Shown here: positions 37,301-45,720 of the stretch, one piece after another
Numbering within the stretch: the first letter of the stretch is position 1
Layout: the number at the start of each line of letters is the position of its first letter
NCBI GenBank assembly: GCA_026936335.1
Contig: JAPMXV010000068.1
Coordinates: 248,001 to 312,000 of the forward strand
Length of the DNA stretch: 64,000 nucleotides
Origin: Mantamonas sphyraenae STR306
Lineage: Eukaryota > Protista > CRuMs
Direction of reading: 5' to 3'
The notes under the pieces: generated by a model
What the model was told of the DNA's origin: nothing
What the model saw: only the letters and a program-made list of their open reading frames with translations
The model's database searches: none
Made by a program: the position numbers and the translations under genes

Positions 37301-38570
37301 ACGCGCAACCGTCTCGCAGCAGATCGTAATCGCTGTCGAAGAAGACCGATTCCCAGTGCATCATGCGCAGGTCCAGCACCCTCCAGCCGGGGAACGTGCC
37401 CGTATTACCTGCACAGTCGTGTCCACCATACATCACCAGCGATTCGTTGCGAATGAACGTCACCGCATTGTGTTGCGGTGTGACCGGTTTGTTTCCGGAC
37501 GTGGGGATGATCTCGATCTTCCTGGTCCGTAGGTTCAATCCCATCAGCTTCAGTGTCTGCGGGTACATGGTTCCCACCAGCAGCAGGTAGTCATCCATCC
37601 CGGGTGACTGTGGTTGCCAGTACACGGCGCTGCTACCCGTCACAGCAAGCGGTATGGGCAGCACCATCTTCCCCTTGGGTGGCAACATTCTCCAACCGCC
37701 TTTGCTTTCACACACCAGCTCCACGATCGTCAAGTGGTCCTTCGAGAAGTCCTGCTGATGGCCAAAGAAGAACGTCACCAGCAGCACCCTTGCACCAATG
37801 AATGTGTCCGGTTCACCCTCATCCACAACCACCATGTCAACCAAGTTGATCAATTTGGCAGCGGATGCCTGCGTGAACGTTGCCTCGTGCCCGATGGCAA
37901 CCTGTTCGCGGACCATTTCCGCACCACTCGCCTCCCAGTCCAACACCAGACCCGTGAGTCCATGGTTGCTCGCAAGGATGACAAGGCTGTCCTGCAACAC
38001 AACCATACGGCTCTCCTGGAGCGATGTGGTGTACGTCGAGCTGCGGAACGGGATGATTTCCGTCCGAGAGATCGCTGTCTTGGCTTCGTGGAACGTCGCC
38101 ACCAGCCGCAGCTCTTCAGGCTTGTCGTCCTGCAACCCAAGCGTGCAAAGGGAACAATCATGCTTCTCGCTGTAGTACCCCGCTCCGTAGCAGTACGGCA
38201 ACTCCTCCTCCCCACCCTCAAGCAGCTCACCATGCCCGAAAACAATGGCGCGCTCGAGGTCTTTTCTCCCGAGACTCCTCAGCCCGATTTGTTTGATGTT
38301 GAAATCTCTTTGAAATTCTTTGTCATACCAATCATCATCGTACACATAATCCTCAGGGGTATGGATGAAGTTGGCGACCAGCATTGAGAGGCTCTCCCTC
38401 AAGATGGCGGTCCAGGAGTAGCCGGTCCAAATGATACCTTCGAGGAGCATAAAGCAAATGTCATCTTGCACATACACTGCACCTCCACTCGTTTCTGCAA
38501 TGAGCTGGCAAAACTGCAGTGCTTTGCCTTCGTCCCGAAGCGCTTGCTCCAGAACTTGCTGAATCGACAT
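34329..38570 (-). CDS. 1413-aa protein with Kelch-like repeats and about six PB1/ubiquitin-like (beta-grasp) repeats
   Basis: Single long ORF. Kelch-like LVMYGGHD...VLDLRMMHWE and HVYMFG; repeated CNVTYG.T.TLIT.P...SI..LR.TI...L-type units. Confidence 0.6.
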   Translation of the reverse strand: MSIQQVLEQALRDEGKALQFCQLIAETSGGAVYVQDDICFMLLEGIIWTGYSWTAILRESLSMLVANFIHTPEDYVYDDDWYDKEFQRDFNIKQIGLRSLGRKDLERAIVFGHGELLEGGEEELPYCYGAGYYSEKHDCSLCTLGLQDDKPEELRLVATFHEAKTAISRTEIIPFRSSTYTTSLQESRMVVLQDSLVILASNHGLTGLVLDWEASGAEMVREQVAIGHEATFTQASAAKLINLVDMVVVDEGEPDTFIGARVLLVTFFFGHQQDFSKDHLTIVELVCESKGGWRMLPPKGKMVLPIPLAVTGSSAVYWQPQSPGMDDYLLLVGTMYPQTLKLMGLNLRTRKIEIIPTSGNKPVTPQHNAVTFIRNESLVMYGGHDCAGNTGTFPGWRVLDLRMMHWESVFFDSDYDLLRDGCAWTVAQRHVYMFGDNAKTRDYGYEEVESYEFATELPPRLCAPERPRQLADLGTSFMHKVHLLLWINAKEHEGSTWSDSPLPQEVMQRIVGWMEVQHCRSATPRDRGIEDKHMRGFVCFKHAIEDMGDDDDLMLDTAVRASKHYVNDQTHKSRWRKHVRHALIEDGHLPGSAAPPKRKQGTRSDAVPTLQPTTTKKQPSSSVRTKPKQPSRASSSSSEASPQALTSITVHASHGQGLFPSTSFSVPPTLSYDELCTAVETRTRLRGTWSIKQVDKDGVTVCKLRNDTQLSVMKTQLAADGGGEQPLYLKINGGSVVIRVAMQDKQPEEVEVAHTDTLSAVCLRVGEQLKAGDPQSCWLETANGERVQSVEQLVDGGDHVFAVHMDHADLHATLGQGVEQTGKAEAEDLQPASEETESKAVDDDETPPGQVNATVKGHDTTVVGKQGVKQDGEEEEEEEEEEETRDSDIAVQVEFGDTRGTTHIENNCTVSALRKAVAHALGISKAKCRHLRIFDGGEHLMDMCDAKDLADFHEAAASARKLRILVDHPEEEQVKVKVDRKENVEVEAAKQQGAKVKKQETRGKTVVVDKMPTVPKVSLVDPQPKVKKQETRGKTVVVDKMPTVPKVSLVDPQRPDRKRKQQKKAVVVDEKEEAPSTYVAKQKHKKSPSAEMMTCNVTYGTTKTLITVPQQSSISNLRRTIGDSLGVPKSKVRDMILTTTDGGETHVHKASHMHLVRAAASSSSEPIDLTITTSVPKSKPTTTAAQEPTASTSKRKQPALKTMSCNVTYGATTTLITLPRKTSITVLRTTISEALDIPISQLMDMVIVDASGNQAHVRKAADMRLLRVASASSSQPISLTIPSPKANTNTSKNASTTKNTSSTSTSASTSTSTSTSTSTSASTSSSSSDSPASTVVNLIHGYSIAQTSITATADFALLRQVSSAALSIPVSACNAFFLIENMRPLGTITCDNDMVALHMYASSRESVTLRIPE
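35411..35591 (-). repeat. Two tandem 90-bp copies encoding KVKKQETRGKTVVVDKMPTVPKVSLVDPQ
   Basis: Direct duplication visible in the DNA. Confidence 0.9.
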
Positions 38571-38824
38571 TGTTTTTTTCCTTGTTTCCGCCTGCGCTGC
38601 TGCGCACCGTCCAACATCACATTGTGTGGCGCTGCCAGTTGATGTGATGGAGACACGATGTCTGTGTGGATTCGTAGTGACTGTGCAGTTGAAGATTTGA
38701 ACGAGGGAATGTCCATTGTGGAAGCAAGCTCAGCACAACTCACCCACTTCCCCCTCCCCTCCCCTCCAACACATTCTCCATGGTCTCTGGTCCGTGTTCC
38801 ACACCCTTGCACATCGCTCATCGC

Positions 38825-39673
38825 TCAGAGCAGAAAGTCCCTCTTCAAATCCTCCAACAAGTCCGGCTTCAACGACGCCGCATGCCCATACTCTGGATGG
38901 GTCACCACCAACATGGCCGCCTTGGCCTCTTCAAACTCACTCATCTGATCTGCAGTGAATCCCATCCTCAGAAAGTGCACTGCACTTGTCTTGCCATCGT
39001 TGGTGGAGCGATCCACTCCGTCGCTGGTGATCGGCTCCGCCTTCACCACTTGGCCCTTTCCAAACTGCAGTTCCACATGCTTCTCAATGCCCACCAACTG
39101 CCTCAGAAGCCTCTGCCTGGCCTCTCGCCGCCCCTCCTCAATGTACAGCGTCAAAATGAGCTCCTCCCCCTGCGGGATCAGATCCGCGTACGAGGCAATT
39201 TCCTCCAACGCCTGCTCATCCCCACCCTTCTCAATACGCAGCATCTCCTGGATTTGGAACCAGATCGAGTCGTAGTTCTCCCACGACACAGACGTTTTGG
39301 GGCCCACCTGTGTGTGCGTCCGTGTCAGCCGGAATCCGCCACCTCCTCCTCCTGCTCCGAACTCCCTTCCTCTCTTCTTTCCAAGCACAACAACACCAAT
39401 GCCCCGACTCACCTGCATCAGCCTCCTTGCTCGCTCCTCCTTGCGCACGGGGTCAATCTCACTCCGTTGCTGCATGTACGCCTCCAGAGGCAGCAAGTCA
39501 TTCAAGTCGATCTTGCGCACGTCGTCCGTCTTTGTGCTCGGCAGCGCAAATCCTCCGGCGGACGCCTGCGTGCTGCCATGCAATCGTCTACTTGTGCCTG
39601 CCATACCCCCGGCGGCGGCGACGGCCATCTGACATGCTTGGGTGTTGTTTTTTACTGCGATACGTGCAAACAT
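38825..39673 (-). CDS. DUF3501-family protein with a predicted mitochondrial presequence; in-frame intron 39308-39412
   Basis: RR..|VGP....ENYDSIWFQIQEMLRIEKG...YADLIP...TLYIE...DGKTSAVHFLR...HPEY. The N-terminus is Arg/Ala-rich and lacks acidic residues. Confidence 0.8.
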   Translation of the reverse strand: MFARIAVKNNTQACQMAVAAAGGMAGTSRRLHGSTQASAGGFALPSTKTDDVRKIDLNDLLPLEAYMQQRSEIDPVRKEERARRLMQVSRGIGVVVLGKKRGREFGAGGGGGGFRLTRTHTQVGPKTSVSWENYDSIWFQIQEMLRIEKGGDEQALEEIASYADLIPQGEELILTLYIEEGRREARQRLLRQLVGIEKHVELQFGKGQVVKAEPITSDGVDRSTNDGKTSAVHFLRMGFTADQMSEFEEAKAAMLVVTHPEYGHAASLKPDLLEDLKRDFLL

Positions 39674-39718
39674 TTCCCCTATGTGTGTGTGTGTGTCTTG
39701 CCAATAGCTTTGCCTCCG

Positions 39719-40621
39719 TCATCGCTTCCCTGCCAGCCACTCGGGCAGGTACTCCATAGCCAGTTCGTAGGTGGAAAAGCGTGTAGCACTGGTGATGGAA
39801 GCACGCAGCAGGGTGGGACCAATGCCCGTGTACATGCCTGTGAAGCCTCGTTCTGCCATGAGTTCACGCAAGGCCTGCCTGTACTTCATCCGCTTGGCCA
39901 TGGGACCTGTTTGGATGACACTCTTGGTGGCATCAAAGGGAAACACCACCGCCCATGCACTCATTCCAGACAGGGATCCAGACAGGGCAATGGCCACTCG
40001 CTTTTCAAACTCCCCTTGCGGTGCGTCTCCCTTGTGCATCTCCGCCACAATGCGTTTCATCTGCTCATAGACCCCAAAGTACACTGCCCCAAAGCCCACC
40101 TCTCGTACTGCATTGGCTCCAAAGCCCGTGTACAGCTTGCGCACGCCGTGGTTGCGTACAAACTTGCCCGCATACCGAAGGGTACTCGTCGACTTTTCGT
40201 TCGCCTGCCTTCGTACCTTGATGGTTTCGAATGGCGTGCTCACCAGACACATGATGCCTGTGCCTGCCCCTGCCAGCGAGTATTGCCATCCACGCAGTCG
40301 TTCCGGGTCCTCCAGCCCGGCCGCCTCGTTCGCCAGGATGATCGCACGTCGGGACGCCCCATACACCGTGAAACTCAGCGAGGTTTGAAACGTAAACGCC
40401 ATCAGCGGCGATGGCAGGCCGTTGAACAGTGACATGAAGCCGTGCTCCCTTACAATTGTCTTTCCCACCTTGAGGGCACTCCCGCCTTCCAGTTGCAGCC
40501 GCACCTTGATCGTGTCCAGCGGAAAGCCCACAATGGTGCCTGTGACCCCAGCACACGCTCCCGCCATCGTCTCTCTCCTCTTCAGTAGCGTGTCATCCAC
40601 GCTGTCGTCTGATGTGCTCAT
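39719..40621 (-). CDS. Mitochondrial carrier family (SLC25) protein
   Basis: Three Px(D/E)xxK signatures: PLDTIKVRLQ, PFETIKVRRQ, PFDATKSVIQ. The ORF extension upstream of 40621 runs into element B and is not used. Confidence 0.92.
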   Translation of the reverse strand: MSTSDDSVDDTLLKRRETMAGACAGVTGTIVGFPLDTIKVRLQLEGGSALKVGKTIVREHGFMSLFNGLPSPLMAFTFQTSLSFTVYGASRRAIILANEAAGLEDPERLRGWQYSLAGAGTGIMCLVSTPFETIKVRRQANEKSTSTLRYAGKFVRNHGVRKLYTGFGANAVREVGFGAVYFGVYEQMKRIVAEMHKGDAPQGEFEKRVAIALSGSLSGMSAWAVVFPFDATKSVIQTGPMAKRMKYRQALRELMAERGFTGMYTGIGPTLLRASITSATRFSTYELAMEYLPEWLAGKR

Positions 40622-40703
40622 TTGATAAGTGAAAAGCCCCGCAACCCCCTCGTCGTCTTGTTTTGTGGCGTTCAGCGCGCTGTGGTCAGCAACGCAAAAA
40701 GAA

Positions 40704-41723
40704 ATGACCTTCAAAACGAATGCAACGGGTGGGTCATACATCCACGGCAAAGCCTTTTCGGCGGACAAACGAGAATGCATTCTCTTTCACTACCAATCCA
40801 GCTTGCGTCCTTCGTGCAGGGGCACAGCGGAGGCTCTCGGTGTGTCTCCTTCCGTCGTGTCCAAGATTGTACGTCAACACCGAGCCATGGGCCATGTACG
40901 CCCTCTTGTGGCCCAACCACCGTCCAGGCGTCTCCTGGATGCCAATGACGACCAGTTCATTGCTGAACAGGTGGCCGGTGATCCGCGACTGTACCTGGAC
41001 GAGTTGCAAGCAGCCGTTGCTCTTCATCGCAACAAGGTGGTATCTCTGTCCACAATTCGCCGTTCTTGTGCGCGCATGGGACTGACTCGCAAGAAGGTGA
41101 GTGCTATCGCCAAGCAACGGTTCAGGGAATCCACCGTGGCGCGCACACGCGAGTTTACTCGAGCAATGAGGATTCGCGGTGTGTTCCGAGCGCCGAACGT
41201 GGTCTTCTTGGACGAAACTGCAGTGAACAACAGAGTGTGCTACAGGAGATATGGTCGTGCGAAACGTGGGCAACCAGCGGTCGTTGTGGAGAACCATCCC
41301 AAGCAAAAGCGCATCAGCGTGCTGGCGGCCATCAGCACCGGTGGGCGCTCGCCACTGGTAGCGTACACAATGCGAGAGGGGTCATACAACCGGCAGCTGT
41401 TTATGGAGTTCCTGGAGCAAGACCTCTTGCCCCGCATGCGAGATTGCCGCCAAACAGTTCTGGTCATGGACAACTGCTCCATCCACAAAGGCGATGCTGT
41501 ACGCCAGCTGTGCACCTGGTATGGGGTGGATGTCGAGTTTCTCCCGCCTTACACACCTACGCTCAACCCCATCGAGCTCATGTTTAGCAAGTTCAAGGCG
41601 GTCCTCCGCAGGGAATTTCATCGAGTGGACATTTGCACATTCGCGGCGATTTGTACTGCATTGGGGCATGTTACGGCTGCTGATGTGAGGAACTGGGTCC
41701 ATCACTGCGGGTACCGCATGTAG
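40704..41723 (+). CDS. IS630/Tc1-like DD34E transposase (339 aa)
   Basis: N-terminal HTH (TAEALGVSPSVVSKIV) and VSLSTIRRSCARMGLTRKK. Catalytic FLDET, VMDNCSIH, LPPYTPTLNPIE, with 34 residues between D2 and E. ORF is uninterrupted. Confidence 0.95.
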   Translation: MTFKTNATGGSYIHGKAFSADKRECILFHYQSSLRPSCRGTAEALGVSPSVVSKIVRQHRAMGHVRPLVAQPPSRRLLDANDDQFIAEQVAGDPRLYLDELQAAVALHRNKVVSLSTIRRSCARMGLTRKKVSAIAKQRFRESTVARTREFTRAMRIRGVFRAPNVVFLDETAVNNRVCYRRYGRAKRGQPAVVVENHPKQKRISVLAAISTGGRSPLVAYTMREGSYNRQLFMEFLEQDLLPRMRDCRQTVLVMDNCSIHKGDAVRQLCTWYGVDVEFLPPYTPTLNPIELMFSKFKAVLRREFHRVDICTFAAICTALGHVTAADVRNWVHHCGYRM

Positions 41724-42487
41724 GATCGTGGAGCGTAGCCATTCAGGGCGCACGCTGGTGCTGAAAAACCCGTACTCCCAATGCCATCTTTGTGTCGGGG
41801 GGGCTCAAAGAGAAGCAGGGAGGGCTAAGTGGGGCACCTACAAGGCGTGGATAATGCCCACCTCCCCTGGCAGCAGTCTCCTCAGTCAGGAGCGACCCCG
41901 TTGCAACTGCGCTTTGCGAACAGTACCATGCGCCCCGTGCATAAACAATTCATGGAACGCCTGCATACAGTCATCATGCCACATAATCCTCTGATTTCGG
42001 CTCCAACACCAGTGGGAGGAGCACCGCCGTGGTCGTCTACGCCGTCGAGATGAACGCCTCGTGCACCAGCACAATGCATTACACATGCATCTCCTCCTTT
42101 GGACTTTGGAGAACCATGTCCCAACATGTATGTACGCAAACACCATGAGACACAGCGTGTGTGAAGCCACATACACCGAGTTCCGTCATCTTTCGCGTAG
42201 CCTGGGTCTTTGTTGTCATCCAGGACGGGAAGGCACCACAGCAGGTCATAATTCCTGCTGTAGTCCCTGTGTGTTGTCGTGCAGCCTGTCCACTTGACTC
42301 TGTTTGGCTCCTGTGGACGTGTGCCACCTGCGGGTCACGCGACGGCGACGCCATCACATGTGCCTGCCGGTTGGCGGGCAATAGGGTGTCGTACACGGAG
42401 CCACGATGGCCACGATGAAACAAGGACAGCACATCACACCCAGGTGGATGATTGCAACACAAAGCGGGCGAACATGCAACCACCGCA

Positions 42488-45400
42488 ATGCGAGAAGTAC
42501 TGATGTCAAGCATGCCGACGCTCCGGTGCCAAAACCCCAGCTGCAACACGATGGAAGTGCTCATGGTGTGCTCGATAACGTCACAACCACCAGCCCGTCC
42601 TCACGTGTCCCTGGTGTGCCCTACGTGTGTTGCATCGCACGAGTCGATTTCATTGTATCAACCCCGTACACAAGTGCCAGCAAACCTGTGCATGCCCGAA
42701 ATTGAGATGGAAGGGTACTCCAATGTCAACGGTGTCAACAACACGGGGGTGGCGTGTTGGGTGTCTTCCTTCACCACAGCAGTCCGCTGTTCCCCGATTC
42801 TGCGTTCCCTCATGTGCAACTACTTGCTCACCTGGATGGAGGGTATGATTACAGCGGAGGGTACTATTAACTGGGGTACTGGCGTTGTGTCGGAGGGGGA
42901 AGGCGAGGCGGTGAAAGGTAACGCACAACGTACACACGCTGCGACGGAGTTGTGCTGACCCCCCGTGTGCTGACGCCCTCCCAAAACGCCAAAACGCACA
43001 CACACTCCCACAGACCCCAGAGTCGTCAACCCCGCCCTCCTGCGCCAGACCTGGTGCGTGGCCATGTTCTGTGACGATGAAATGTACGCAGGAGCATGCA
43101 ACGACGTGTTTCTGGCAGCCACGGTGCTGGCGGGCGATAGCCAACGATGGGGAGATCCTTCCGACCTGTACCTCCATTTGACGCTCGCGTTCGACTCCAG
43201 TTTCCCCGTGTGCCTGCGGGATGTCCGACTGACAGCGGGTCCTGCAGAGTTTGCAGGTCTGGCGGCCCAGCTTGCGAACGATGAGCGTGAAAGTGAGCGT
43301 ACGCGACCGCAGAGACGGCAACGACGACGACAGCGTGCGCAGGAGCATGAGGAGCAAGAGGAGCAGCACGAGCAGCACGAGCAAGTGCCGTTCGGGGTTC
43401 TCAGTACCAATGGTGAACACTTTACAGCCTGGTTGCCCTTGGACAACGGCGAGTTTCGTGTGTACAACGACCTCTCCCGGGCACTCACGGACGAGAAGTG
43501 GGCAGGTACAGCACATCTCGGGGTGCAGGTTATGGTACCGAAAACTCAACCACCTTTCGATTGGGCCTCGCCACCCCCCACCGGGAAGGTGATTCTCCGG
43601 AGCAAGCGTTCGGTGTTTCGCTGTCCACAAAGGATCAAGGCGCCAATGGCAATGGAGCACAACGAGAAGTCGACCAGCGCTGGTACCCGGCTGTACGCTG
43701 CGCACGCTCGAGCTCGTGCGACAACGCCAGCGCCTCTGGGCAGGCCACCCTCGACTCGTGTGCAGATTGTCGGGTCAACCGCATCTGTGCGTGGGCTCCG
43801 TTTCAATCGTGTGCCCGCCGCGCAGACATCGGCAGCAGGCCAGCTGACACAGCTTCCGGCTTCAGCCGGCGACAAGACGCCGGTCACTGTGAAGGCGCTG
43901 GATGTTTTTAACGACGATTGGCAAGCACCGTTACCGTCTGCTGCCCCTGGTGAGCGCCTGCTCCCCATGTTCGTGGGGCTGAGCAGCCTCGCGGCCAGAT
44001 ACTTGCAAATCAGCGACCACACCGTCACGTACCCCGCTACTTTCGCCTCTGCACAGCAATGGGTTGGCACGGTCCTCAACACCGTGGTGCCGCGACTCCG
44101 CACACTGTCGTCGTCGCTTGCAGTGGTCGACGACGTCGTGTCCACCGCTGCTCTGGTTTCTGGTCGTGCCACACCTGCGGAACTGCACCAATTCTACATG
44201 CAATTGAGTGCTGCTGCATCTCAGGACACCTTCTCCAACGCCAAACAGCGATCGTTCGCATCCCGTGCCACGGTGACGACCATGGCGCCTTTGATGCGCG
44301 ATTGGATCGCGTCGAACAATTTGGAGCTGTTGACACTGGAAGACTTCGTCAACCGTGAGACCAACGACGAACCTGTCGTCCTGTGCCACCGAGAAGGGCG
44401 TCTCCTGGCTGCCCTGGCATGCCATTGGTCATCCGCAGCGGCTATGCGAGTTGTCAACATTTTCAGCGGCTCTGTTGTGGACACAAAGCAAGTGGGCAAG
44501 AAGCTGGGCAAATCCGGACTTCAGACATGGTCCAAGGGTGTGGCGGATGACAAGGAAACGACTGTGGCGCAGCTGCTGTGCACGGTGGGTCTGGGGGAGA
44601 AGGAACGGGACCGAATTCCGATGTCTGCCGCGGGCCAGGCCCAAGCAGTATCCCAGCGGCTTGGACGGGTGTACAATATCGACCATCAACGCATCCAGAC
44701 AGTGATGCAGTGCTTTAGCCGACTTTGCACACAGAAGCGGAGGAAGGCTCCAAGGTCGGTGGAACAGCTGGCTCGAGCTATGAATTTGACAGAGGTCGAC
44801 ATCACCTACGAGCACGACTCAGAGCTGAAGGACACTGTCGACACTCGCGTGCACATGAAGTATCGCGTCGGGCGTGGTCAGAGTGCACGGGAAGGGAAGC
44901 TGCGTGTGCAAGAGATTCCCTTTGACCTCGCCGACGGCGTCCACAAGAAGGTTGCGGATGCCCTGGTCGACAAGGAAGACGCAACGAAGCCGATGGAAGA
45001 TGACTTGGCCGTGCCCTACCTGTTGACGGCGACTGCAAACGAGGTCTCGCAGCTTGTGGATGACATGGCGGCTGGTTTTGATGCAACTGTCTTCAAGCAG
45101 GAGGGAGAGTCGCTCAGTGACCGTCAGGCCCTGGAGAAGTGGGCATCGAAACCCCGTTTGATCACAGAACGGCACGAGAGACAACTTGCGGTGCTTCTGC
45201 ACAAGGATGGACAGGTCCTTCGTCCACCTGCCGTCCCGTCAGCGATTCGTGCAGAACACATCGAGGCGGCCTTGCAGACAGGGGCGACAATGGAGGGCGA
45301 GACACCTACCCCGCTGAAGGACGCGTTTCATGACAAGGAAAGCGTGACGGGGACACAGCGTGGTCGCCCAATCTGGGTCCCGCAAGGGTTTGACCTCTCC

Positions 45401-45682
45401 TCGCTGCAGCTCGACACGCCCATTGGTATCCGAGAGCGCAACTTTGTCCAGTACCAGAGTGACTTGAAAAAGAAGCTGAAGCTGAGGCTGAACGCGAGAG
45501 GGCTGGGGACGAGTGCCGATTCAGATGCCGCTGGTCCCCTTGGAGAGTTTATGCTGTTGCAAACGGCCCTCCTGCGGGCTTGGTTTGTTGAAAAGGTGGT
45601 GCCTGAGGTGAAAAAGAACCCAAGCGCCTGGTTCACAGACCCTGGACAACAACAGGTGGATGGCAGCAACGAGGAGCGGGAG

Positions 45683-45720
<38 letters not shown>

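Noticed and set aside
40622-40780. N-terminal extension of the SLC25 ORF
   Set aside because: It overlaps the transposon end and is antisense to the transposase; the ATG at 40621 gives a normal-length carrier.
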